Assembly (NCBI GenBank): GCA_010093605.1
Contig: MU004199.1
Span: forward strand, 434,001 to 498,000
Direction of reading: 5' to 3'
DNA: 64,000 nt
DNA from: Lophium mytilinum
Taxonomy: Eukaryota
Made by a program: the position numbers and the translations under genes. Under the pieces are notes generated by a model, which had not been told where the DNA came from, did no database searches, and saw only the letters and a program-made list of their open reading frames with translations. Shown here piece by piece: positions 48,907-60,246 of this stretch (positions are counted from its first letter, which is position 1; every line of letters begins with the position of its first letter).

Positions 48907-51273
48907 ATGGCCGATCCGTTGTCCGCAATCGCAGGCGTTGTTGGTATCCTAGATGTGGCCGCTAGGACATCGTCGCAGGTTTGGAAGTTGATCGAGGCAT
49001 GGCGCAATGCCCCAACTCAAATACTAGATCTTTCGGAGGAGATTCACACATCGCGCCGAGTGAGCACACAGCTGCAGACGATGTGCGATGCCCTGAAGGG
49101 TGTTTCTGAATCCGACCCTTTCGTCGAGATCTTGGCGGCCCAAATCGACACCGCGAGAACGATATGCGTGAGCCTCGATGCTATCCTTCAATCAATCGGT
49201 AGCACTTCACCTGATACCCGTCGGCGCATTCGCAAAGAAAAGTGGCTCCAAGCAAAATCAAAAGTGGCTGATCTGCAGAGTCAGCTTGCGAGAGTTCGGT
49301 CTAACGTGATGCTGCTCCTGTGCATTCAATCAGCGTATGTCGCCCAAGTATTGCGATTGAATAATATATCGATCTAAAATGTTATCAGACTACGCGGAGT
49401 ACAGCTAGAAGTACTTCTTCGAACTCAACATGACGCCGTCATGAACCTACTTCGACCGAGGTCGCCTTCGACTCTGAACGCGACAGTTGCAACATCCACA
49501 ATTGCTACTTTCGAAAATAAAGAAGAATCACTTGAATTCGATTCCGCAAGTCCAGGATTGGAATCATTCCAACCCGGAACCCGTGTGATCAGCTTAGCAA
49601 CTCCGAGGCGCGTGGTTTGCAAAAGCTCATGCAAATGTACTTGCCATCTCCATCGTTCATATAATCGGTTTCATCTGGCTGGATTCAACAAACTTATCAG
49701 ATCGGTAAAAGTCGCCTATTCCACTCCAACTGATAACGCCTCTACGCACGAAGCGTCATGTCTCAGAGCGACGTTCGCCTCGTTCGAGATGTCCTACTCG
49801 TTCCCATCATGGCTTCTCAACATATCCATTCTGACAGTTGTGACCGTGTATCACGGAACTCCTACCTTCGGCCTCATTTTCCGGCGTCGAATACCATTAG
49901 ACAGTGCAACACTTGACCAGACTTTGTTCAGGCATGTTGCTAGAAGGGATTTCCTAGGAGCAAAAGCTATGCTTGCATTGCAGGGAGGGGGGGCGCAAGT
50001 ACACGACGTGAACTCATGTGATGGAGCTTCCGCTCTTCACCTTGCTATGCAACAGGGCAGTGTCGCTATGGTAAAACTCCTTCTAGCTGCTGGAGCTGAT
50101 CCACTTTTAGAGAACGATTACGGATGTACGCCGGTAAACAACGCAGCTAAATGGGTCTTTAATCAACACCATTTCCGAACCGTTGGCAAGGAATTCAAAA
50201 AGGTCCTGCCATGGTCCTAATATCTAGATGATCTGAATCTTCCGCATTTGCAAAAGGTCGTGCTTAAGCTGCGACCTATCGGCTTAAGCAATGAGCTAGC
50301 GAACGCAGTCTATCGCACCCAGATAAATGCTACGGATGATGCTGGACGCGGCCCTCTTCATTGGGCTGCATACCGAGGCGACGCTGATAATATTCGACTT
50401 CTTCTAGACTCCGGCGCGGACCCTAATCAAAGAAGCGTGAACGATGACGCTACTCCTTTGATGGAAGCTTGTTGGATAGGCTCTCTTCCTTGTGTTGAAG
50501 CTCTCCTAGAAAGGGGCGCAAAGATCCATAGCGGTGACTACGCACCAATTCATCTCGCATCGGAAAACGGTAGCATTCCTGTTGTTAGGTTATTGATCTC
50601 CGCGGGCGCGGATGTAAATGATTCCTGCAACACGTGGAGCTCCGGACCGCTAGCCTACGCAGTAAAGAGAGACCAGCATGAAATTGCGGAATTTCTCCTA
50701 TCACAAGGGGCAAATATTAATTGGAGGGATTGGGAGGGGGACACGGCACTCACCGAAGCCGATTCCCATGACGCAACACGCTGTATTAGCATGCTGCTTT
50801 CGAGAAACGCGGACTACACCTTCGTCGACGAATACGTTTTCACAATCCTTCACCAGGTAGCAAGTTGCGGGAGTGTGAGAGTGGCAAACCTGCTTGCTGA
50901 AGCAGAATTAAAAGGGCTTGATCCAAACGCGACCAATAAAAAGGGAAAAACGGCGCTTCAAGTCCTTGAATCCAGAGTTGGAGTGACGGGCGAACTTCTC
51001 GAGGCTTTCAAAAAGCTGATGGACAGTGTCTCGCGGAACAACCATACCCATCAAGAGAGCACAGAAGCATGCAACAACTATGTCGACGCTGCTGTTTCAC
51101 GAAGATGTCGTCCTCTTGCTCAACTGCTCGACGACCACACCCGATCCTTTGTCTCTGCCGTACGGAAACACAAAACACCTCTTCTTGTGGTCTTCTTGTT
51201 GCTAATCTCGCATCTGGCACGAACGATGCTTGAGGGTAAATTCTGGTCGCGCGCAAGCGCGTTCTCGAAGTAG
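48907..51273 (+). pseudogene. HeLo-like N-terminal domain + ankyrin-repeat protein with a single premature TAA
   Basis: N-terminus MADPLSAIAGVVGILDVA...WRNAP (fungal STAND/HeLo-like). Intron at 49335-49388, a CKSSCKCTCH motif, and ankyrin repeats (GASALHLA, GRGPLHWAA, TPLMEAC, APIHLAS). In-frame TAA at 50218-50220, after which the same frame continues to 51273. Confidence 0.85.
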
Positions 51274-52426
51274 TCCTAAACTCGTCTCCTGTATTAGGCC
51301 GTGGGCTTGGAAATAGGAATTCTTTCATGCTCAAATTATACTCTTGCTCTCTCGACAACACCATGAGGAAAAGCCTCCCAACAGCTAGCCAATCGGCCAA
51401 GAGGCAGCCCATCTCCCGATTAATCAGCTTTTGCATCGTGCTTCCGGTTTACAAGTTGTATAAGGCCACTCCAAGCAGACATAGATTGGTTCGCCCGGAC
51501 TTTTGGGGGAAAGCCTTGTAATTCGCATTAGAAGCAGAAGGCTCTTCGCATTCTGCGAGAGAGCTGCAATATTCTTCGATGGAAACGCGCATCAAATTCG
51601 ACATCAATTTCATTCTCGAATTCCTTCTTTCTGGAAAGTTTGGACATATCCTTTTCATCAGCCAGACAGAAGTATGTAGTAGGATATGGAAGGTTCTCAG
51701 CTCGCCATCTCATCGCTCGAGCGACTCCGTGGCGTCTAGCCTCTACTTCTATTTGTGAAGTTAGTACGAAACTACTAATCCCCCCGCGACACCGTCCGAG
51801 TCTGTTCGAAAACTGTCTATGGCGACCAAATGATAGCAGCTCGCACGAAGCCATCCCACTCGTTGGCAGCAGCTGACGCTTTGAAAAGCCTGTATCCTGG
51901 ACTACCCGAAATCTTTGGCGACGCGCAAAGTAGATGGCAGGACGCGAGAGTCCTTAACAACCCCTTCATTGAAGACTGAGTCTCCTACGCTTCCCTGGCC
52001 CCAATCCACACCAACTTGCTTAGCTGGCTCGCCGTCGTTTGAGAAGCCTTTCAACGCTCCTAGGAATCGGATAAACTCACTGGCACACCCTGGACGGTGC
52101 CAAAAGTACCAACGACAGTAACGGTACAGCTTTTAATTCTTGTTCATGGGTGGCTGCCAGTCTATTTCAACGCCGAACGCATGCGACCCGCCAAACTAAG
52201 AAATTTGAAAGGTATGAAGGAGCGGCAAGCTCTAAGAAATAAAACTCAGAGTTAGAGTACCAGAGGAGCTCATAGCAACCCAATTGATAGCAGCTCGCTA
52301 CGCAACACCCGATCATCCAAGAGTGCTTGAATGGACTAAGACCAGGACTAAGAATAAAGTTTCCCAGAGTATATCTGGTTGCGCGTCAGGGCTGGTCCTA
52401 CATGGGTTCCCAAAGGATTCGGAGGG

Positions 52427-53530
52427 TCAGCGAGGACTAACTGCAGCGCTCTTAGAGTGCTTTTTGGTCTCGTAATGTGTATCGGCGAGCAACTCGACTG
52501 GAGCTATCGGTGTGGCGGGAACTTCAATGGCATCTCTTTCTCCCAGAAGTTCAACGCGCGGTACAGCCCTACCGTCAAGCTCCGATTTACCCCATTCTTT
52601 ACCGGTTTGTCCAGTTGCTGAGTTCCTCGCTTTCTGTTTCTTTCTCCACGAGAAAAAGAGTCCGACGCAGACTAGTAAGATAATTAAGACTCCAATGGTT
52701 ATTCCAGTAATCGCGCCGACGTCGGACCTCGGCGTACTTTCTGACGTCTGACTCAGACTACTGGAGGTGCTTGCGGGAGTGCTACTTGTAGTGCTACTGG
52801 GAGCGCTAGTAGCAGTGCTGCTAGCAGTGCTACTCTGGCTACTGCTTTGGTTCAAGAAGGGATTGCTGTTCTCGCCGCCTACAGCCTCCAAGAGATTGAA
52901 GGTAGTACTCGCATGACCGTCAGGATTGTGTTGTTTGAGATTGGTACTTCTGTCTGTTTCATCGATACTATCTCCTTGAAGCGCGGCGAAGATCCAGCTG
53001 GTTTGCGAAATGCGACAGTTTCCACCTGTGGAGATCAGCGCTTAGGAACCATTTCGCAATTTCACTTCCAAACAGTGGCCAACTTACACTTGATGTTCGC
53101 CGTCCAGGAGTTAGACAACACTCCTGATCCCTCTAGTAGTGTTGCTTGGATGCTGCTATTGAAGCTAGGCTCGAAATATCCAATACTTGTGCGCGGCGAT
53201 AGAGTAAGATTCCCCTTGCCATCCGTATAAATGATGAACATGTTTGACTCTGCCATGCTATCGCCGGTCCCAAGTCCGATCCACGAGTAGCTATCATCAC
53301 TGCTAACTTGGAGATATATGTCGCCAAAGTCTAAGTTCAAAGAACTATCGGGAATGTTCCAGCTGTAGCAGACTGGCGGACTGAAAATACATTGTTTAGC
53401 TATTCTAGACGCTGCAAATATCCTGACGACTATATCATGATGCATTAGAGCTCTATTAATGATCTTATTTGGGATGGGTGGTGGATATTGTACCGAAAGA
53501 GATGAAGATTACGAGTTTCAGACTCATCAT
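52427..53530 (-). CDS. Membrane-anchored DOMON/CDH-type cytochrome domain protein
   Basis: Spliced signal peptide MMSLKLVIFISF|VVRIFAA. Motifs WIGLGTGDSMAES, LTLSPR, WIFA and LKQH (candidate Met/His heme ligands). Then an S/T-rich stalk, a single TM helix (VGAITGITIGVLIILLVCVGLFF) and a short cytosolic tail. Two introns. Confidence 0.82.
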
Positions 53531-54119
53531 GGACACGCCCAATTTCTAGTTCATCTCAATGTTAGGTGTCACGGGGCTGGTAATCCAACTCGTTGGGGGG
53601 TCCGCCTGCCTTTTGACAACAGTCGCTTGCTGCCAAGCTTTAGGCTCGAAACGACGAGATCCGCCATCGTGGTCTTATCTTGTTTCCACCGTACACAAGA
53701 CGGGATGTTTGGTTGGAACGGTTTGGGCGGCATAAGTCTGCATATCCTAGCGACGAATTAAAAGCAAGAAATAACAAGGCTGAGACACACGGCAGGATTC
53801 AGGCCTGATCAGAGTAGGGATCGCCAGCTCGGAACGACTCTAAGCGCCCTTGGCAGAGTGAAGCACTGCTATCCCGCGAAGCCACATGCACTGCGCCACC
53901 ACAGTAGGTCTGGGTGCCGACGAACACGATACCTCATTCATGGCCTGGGTCATTTCCTTCAGGATGCCGCATCACGTACGATAAACTGAAAGGATAGGCA
54001 CTTCTCAAATCCTAGGTGCTTAGGGAGCTAAAGCTTGTAGCCAAAAGCCAGTACTAAGACTTTCTATCTCGGTCAAATTTTTCTTAGTAATCGAGACCCA
54101 AATTAGAGAGTAGCCATAT

Positions 54120-54500
54120 GCCTTTTTCCACCGCCTCGACACTGTTTGACTTCCTTCAACATTATTTGAGTTACCTCAAACAACGGTACCTTGCAGCAGA
54201 GTAAAGTATACAAGACCTGATGCAGCACTACGCCATAACTGCACCCACAGATTCATCACACTACGCTTCATTCCTGCTTGGCCGACACCGCTGTGGGGAG
54301 TATTACAAGCATTAGGCGATTGGTCAAATAAAACGTCGTCTGATTTCTGCTGCATCTACGTATACGTTGTGTTGGTCCTAGGTTGCTAGATCCTGAGTTT
54401 GCGTAGATGGATATAGCACTATACTGCTATTCTTGCTCGCCCAACGCCACTGTAAGGAGTAGCCCAGATACCCGGCAGATAATCAGGCAAAAGGTAACAA
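54120..54500. repeat. Relict copies of the 108-bp and 150-bp repeat families
   Basis: cgacactgtttgacttccttca (~54137) matches the 108-bp unit. cttgctcgcccaacgccactgtaaggagtagcccag (~54432) and cctgcttggccgacaccgctgtggggag (~54273) match the 150-bp core. Confidence 0.65.
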
Positions 54501-54609
54501 TCTGATAGTACATTCTATAACTCTATGCTAAAATATACCAAAAAGCCAAACTCGCAACGATGCAGACGGAAGAACCTATATACAACCGGAATTCAACATC
54601 GTTCTTCCT

Positions 54610-55746
54610 CTAGATCGGGAGCCCACACTTTGACGCATGCACCGCACCAAAAACACCACCCAGCCCCTGCGCCACCGCACTCAAGCCTCCCGTCGAAACC
54701 GCGCCTATCGCCCCAAAGACTCCGGCAAAGACAGACGCCATCGCTCCATCCGTCTTACACTCAACCTTCCCAGCCTGCTTGCCCACCGTAATCGTCGCCC
54801 AGTCTTGCGTGATCCAGTTCTGATTCGCCTGCGCCGTAATCTGCGACTCAACCTTAATCTGCTCCGGAAACACCAGCTTGTACGTGCAGCTCGCATACTT
54901 CGCGCCCCAGCCCTGCGCGCACTTGACCAACTTCGCCGCGTCCGCAATCGCCGGCGCGAGCTTATCCACCAGCTGGTCGGCCATCCCCTTGAGCCGGTTC
55001 GGGTCGAAGTTGATATCGCCATCCTTCTCGTCGAAGCTGACCTCGAAGGCGATGGCGGAGTCGGTGTCTTTGATCTTGAAGACGGACGCGTCTTTGGAGA
55101 GGTGGTTGTCCCACGACACTTGCAGGTTCCGCAGCGCTTCCTTGACGCTGGCCAGGATGATTTTGTTGGTGGCGGGGCCCGGCGACCCGCTGGTTAGGAG
55201 CACGTCGGCGGTGGTGTTGGAGACGCCGAAAGAGGTGCGGCGGATCGTGCGCTCTTGGCGTGTGCACCAGTATCGCGCGATGCACTCGTAGTGGCGGTCC
55301 GCGGAGACGGTCTCGGTGAAGGTGGTCGGGGACTGGTAGCAGGTCATGTCGCGGCCTCCCAGTCTGCCCTCGCCGGTGATAGTCGTGTTGGCATCGCCTT
55401 TCTCGGCCAGGCCCCATACTTCGAAGAGGCGGTTGCCTAGGGTCCCGGTGATGGGCTGGGCTTGGGTGCCGACGGTGTAGTCCATGTCGCCGTAGCCTTT
55501 GCCTAAGCCATGGTCGGAGGGGTAGGCTTTGGTCGGGTGTTGTCCGGCATTGCGGGAGGTTTCGAAGTTGGGGAAGAGCCAGAGTTGATCTTTGGTGCCT
55601 GAGACGAATACGTCGTTTCCGATGTGTGCTTTGCAATTGAGGAGGTAGACGACTTCGTCGCGGTCGTCAGGTTCGCGGGGTAGGACGCGGGCAGTGGTCA
55701 GGGAGGTGCTGGCGAGGAGAAGGGATGAAAAGGTGGAAATACGCAT
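54610..55746 (-). CDS. Secreted Cys-containing effector/toxin-like protein (378 aa)
   Basis: Signal peptide and a propeptide-like ARVLPRE...DDR. N-domain EVVYLLNC...CY...C...YWC; Gly/Ala-rich hydrophobic C-terminus. Intronless, with strongly C/G-ending codons. Confidence 0.85.
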   Translation of the reverse strand: MRISTFSSLLLASTSLTTARVLPREPDDRDEVVYLLNCKAHIGNDVFVSGTKDQLWLFPNFETSRNAGQHPTKAYPSDHGLGKGYGDMDYTVGTQAQPITGTLGNRLFEVWGLAEKGDANTTITGEGRLGGRDMTCYQSPTTFTETVSADRHYECIARYWCTRQERTIRRTSFGVSNTTADVLLTSGSPGPATNKIILASVKEALRNLQVSWDNHLSKDASVFKIKDTDSAIAFEVSFDEKDGDINFDPNRLKGMADQLVDKLAPAIADAAKLVKCAQGWGAKYASCTYKLVFPEQIKVESQITAQANQNWITQDWATITVGKQAGKVECKTDGAMASVFAGVFGAIGAVSTGGLSAVAQGLGGVFGAVHASKCGLPI

Positions 55747-57123
55747 TATGAAGACGGTTGAATGAAGAGAAACGGTTCAGATATTGGAAGTCTAATGAAA
55801 TGGAAGAAGAGACGATGATTGAAGTGAAGTTGGATGATTCAAACGGATACATTTCTTCTAATGTTATATACCTCGTCGTCCAACGCTCCAAGGGGGCTTA
55901 GAAGTTTTACTCGGCTTCAGGCGATGTAGAAGCGGTAACGCACAGAGTACTGTGACACTGCTTGGTCGGCGACAGCGTCGAACATTCGATAGAACCGTAC
56001 AATACGGTTCGAACTGCAGATGCAAGCTAGAGAAGTACTTGACATGTAGCCCTACGTCTTGGCGGAGACTGCGGACAGCAGGAATAGAACTTGGCAGCTG
56101 GCATCAAGACTTTCATAAAGGCTAAGTGCCCGAAACCCGATCCGACATCGACCTTTCAAGCGTAAATCTGCTCAAATCTCAGTCTTGGAAAAGCTCCGAA
56201 CGAATCATCTTTCGGCCAAGCCTGTAAGCATCGCCGACGTTCGGGAGCAACGTCGTAGACTAGGGTTAGTTGGTCGGCGATAACTTTTCAGCCCCGCCAG
56301 CATGCAAGTGTTCAGCCTCAGGCCATGGGCATACACCGCCCGGACATGCCGGCTGGGCGCGGTCTTGGCTGTACTTCGTTCATTGCACACTGTTTCTCGG
56401 GACTGCTAAAAAGTATTGTTGTCGATGAATTGCGTGGTAAGAGTCGGGATGTAAAGACGAGAAGAAAATTCACGAGGGGAGGTCCCAGGGGTTGCACAAT
56501 AACTAAGACCTGCTGGCCAATCACAGAGAAAGTGTGCTTGGCCTAGACTCGGTCAGCACGTAACTAGGGACGGACAAAGGGTTCATCAAAGGTCACAGCA
56601 TTGATAAATCTACTTGGTAGATCCAAGTAAATTTCGATACAACAAACTGGCCGAGAAGAACTCATATTTATTAGGAGCCTGGCTGAAGCCTTGACCGCCA
56701 TCAATGTTAATAAACCTAGGGCTCTCAGATGTTTAAGAGCAAGACAAGACACATTTAGAAGGCTATATTAGCAGAGCAATGCCAGCATACGGAAGAGGCG
56801 ACGGCTAATTTAGGCCCCTTAGTATTACTTGTTTTTTCACGGATAACGTGCACCGCGATCCCAGCATGAATGGAACCAGAGTGGCTTCCACTGTGGCTGA
56901 AATCGTCAACACTTGCACCAAGCCAGAACAGGCAGATTAAGCGCTCAATCCGTAGTTATAGGTAGTTTTCGTCGCATGTCAGCGTCCGAGCACGACGTCG
57001 TGTCCAACGCATCGCGAAGAGCTTTATACACTACCTTCTTGCAATACTCCTCGTAGACAACCCTGCCGCTCGCTCTACTACGCTATAACACCTGCCACCT
57101 CAACAATTCGAGGTGTCCGAATC

Positions 57124-57998
57124 ATGTCGAAACCACTTGCAGGCAAGATCGCGATAGTAACGGGCGGGTCGCGCGGGATTGGTAAAGCGATAGCTCTGAG
57201 CTTTGCGCAAAGTGGTGCACAGGCCGTCGCAATTACATACCACTCCGACAGCACAGCAGCGGAGACTGTCGTCCAAGAGATCAAGCGTCAGGGTAGTGAT
57301 GCCTTAGCACTCAAGGTCAATTTGCTTGATCCGGAGGTAGGACGAGAGATCGTGAAGGCGGTAATAGAAGGGTTCAGCGTGGATGGAATTGATATACTAG
57401 GTATTCCCATCATGTCCCTTTTGTTCAGGCATTCCATTCAATGAGCATCGTTCTAATAGCCCTATCGTCAACAATGCCGTCCATCGCGCGCCTCATACTT
57501 CATTTGATTCAACCACCTCGGAGGATTTCAACACCCAGTTCTCTGCAAATCTCGGCGGCCCCTTTTTCGTTACGCAAGCAGTTCTCAAAGTTATCAATCC
57601 CGGTGGCCGCATCATCATGATAAGCTCCGGGGCGGTTAAGATGCCCATGCCGGCGACGATGCTGTACGGTATGGCCAAAGCCGCACTCGAGTACATGACG
57701 AAGACATTAGCAGTACAGTATGCAGCGGAGAAGAAGATCACCATAAACGCGGTCCAACCAGGGTTCACGGCTACCGGTAGGTTATTTTCAACGTTGCTTC
57801 GTGCTCGATCTAAGTGCCTCTCTAGAAACGGTTCTGCAGTACCCAGCAGACAAGTTGGCGATGATGGTGTCGAAGCCAACAGCTGAGAAGCGACTCGGGA
57901 CGGTCGCGGAGATTGCGCACGTAGTGGGATTTTTGGCGGAGGAGAAGAGCAGCTGGGTGAACGGACAGGTGATAGATGTCACGGGTGGGATATTTTGA
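57124..57998 (+). CDS. Short-chain dehydrogenase/reductase (classical SDR); first intron acceptor non-canonical, possibly pseudogenised
   Basis: Motifs TGGSRGIG, DIL|VNNA, YGMAK (YxxxK), INAVQPG and WVNGQVIDVTGG. The required intron 57401-57467 ends in CG, not AG. Confidence 0.85.
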
Positions 57999-58773
57999 TC
58001 TACCAATAGGCATCTTTGGTGCCTCCAATTCCTCACCTCGAGCGGCTCCGAAACACTAACCGATCGGAACACTCTCGAACCGCTCTGCAGGGGCAGATTC
58101 AAGTAGAACCGCACGCTATCGGCGATCTATCACGCTCTGGACTGGGAGAGCATCGTGAAACCTACTCAGTAACATTATGAAAAACAACCGCAAGAATCAA
58201 TAGTAGTAGCCAGGGGCGTTCCGTGTACAAAACGTAGCATTCCACCTTATTACAGATGCTATAGCCTGCAGTTCAGCACACTCTCCCGCTGACCTCCTAA
58301 CTGAACCTGATTTGCCCATGGCTTCTCTTTCTCTAGAGCTGACTTATACTTAGGACTTCTTCAGCCTGAGAAACTTGGACTCTGGGTTGGGCTCTCTCGC
58401 CTCTGGCATCGACGCCAGTGCGGGTGCTGATTCGGCCAGATGTGCTTCAAGGTTTTTCCCGAGTTCCAATTCCATATCGTGCTAGAGCTGATTCAGCTCT
58501 CGGAACTTACTCACAGGCCGCCGAGAAAAAGAAGACTGCAGAGGAGAAGGCGCAGTAGCAGATAAATAGATAGAGCAGGTCTAAGGACATACTAGGTCAA
58601 CCAGGTACGCCCTAAAAGGTAGATGATTCGCCTTATGTATATATGATTGGAGCACTTACTAACTAAAACGTACAAGTCCCATAAGGACGATAACGCCGTC
58701 CCGCCGCGTGCGAACACTGCTGCTGCTGTGGCTGCGTAGCCGGAGAGAAGATAGCCGTACTGCAGAAGATTGT

Positions 58774-59096
58774 TTCCGCAGAAAGAAGCCCTTAATAGAC
58801 CAGCACAAGGCTCATGCTATTATGGACCACAACAGGTAGAGCCGCCGCACCGGATACACTGTGGTCCCCCGAATCATGATGGAAAGGGATTGGTTAACCT
58901 GAACCAAGAGGAATCATTCGTTTAAAGGACCATAAGGAGATAGCGGCTGCATGTTTTTTCCACATTGAGGAGCGAAGCGGCTGCGTAACGTCGGACTAAC
59001 AAACCGATCAGACAAGAGATCTACGCGGGGCGGGTTAAGGGTTAGTCCCAGAGCAGCTGGCCACAAGTTGGGCTATACTGTGGCGGACTTGAGGAG
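58774..59096. repeat. Copy B of the inverted dispersed duplication (partner at ~2810-3142)
   Basis: ttccgcagaaagaagcccttaatagaccagcacaagggctcatgctattatggaccacaacaggtagagccgccg... is the reverse complement of 3142 leftwards, with few changes. Confidence 0.9.
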
Positions 59097-60246
59097 TTGA
59101 ATCCGAAAGAGAGTATGTAAAACGCCATTATCAAGGTACACATATTCCGGATGCTCTTCCACGTACGCATTTACAAGCGCATGAAATCAGACACCAAAGG
59201 CTGAATAAGAGGTCTGTAACGTCCATTTTGTCATAAATTCTGATGCCATATTGGAGGACCCCAGCCAGTGCGATCTCATTGGAAAATATACCTGTGATTT
59301 GATGGCTATTAACCATACTGTCATAGATCGAGTCGAATATACTTCGTCAGGAGTAATAGAGTTCAGATCTAACGGGTATTTACGAGTTTATGTGCTGCCG
59401 TTCAAGGTCACTTTGGAGTCCCACGGACAGTGCGATAAAGGTGTCAAACTGAATCGAAATATAAGAGCTTTGTTCGGTCCATAAAATTACGTGGCTTGAA
59501 TTATACTGCGAGCAAACTATACACAACTTGAAATCTATACTATGTCAAATCGCCCTCGCCAGCGATATGATGGCGATTACTCGCCTCTTGATTTAGATTG
59601 CACGCCAGTGGCAAGCTGTATAAGCCACAGATAACGTGTGAAGAGAAGAGAACCAGCAAGTTGGCAAGAGCTGGCAAACTAACGTCGCAATCATTGCTTC
59701 CTGTCCCGATCATAGAATAGTCTCAGAAACCCCTCCGATTGCTATCAAGCTACGATACTCATAATTGAGGAGCGCTTGCTATAAACATTCTAGCTATGGT
59801 ATTCACTAATATAAGCCAAAGCCCAACTCGCTAATAGTGCTCTTTTCCCGGATTTGGAGCAGCAGCTCGCCGCCGCCACCTCTAATGCCCCGCCTCGTGT
59901 CTCTACTCTTGGGGCAAGCTATCGAAGACAATGTATCCGCAATGCCAGTCCCCATACCTATATAGCGCAGTACTTAGATTTACTCCATCGCATTGTGAAA
60001 TCACCATCTGATTCACGATTCATTATTCACCTATAAGGGTACACTGTGCCACGGGGTATCCATTCAAGTCGTTCTGCTTACACTAAGAGGTGAATAAGTC
60101 TCGGTATGGTAAACCCTTCTCGAGTATATAAGACAGGCCTTCGTCCTACAATTATCACATCAAACCGACACTCACGTTACCCCCACCACCCACAAGAATA
60201 CTTCATCACTTCTCGACCTCTCAATTACCCACCCTCTGCTGCCAAA

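Noticed and set aside
51449..51876. Short ORFs downstream of the ankyrin gene
   Set aside because: No motifs, no splice-supported model, and conflicting overlapping frames.
58270..58770. Possible minus-strand gene relic with intron-like signals next to inverted repeat copy B
   Set aside because: Contains stops and no identifiable family; too weak to call.
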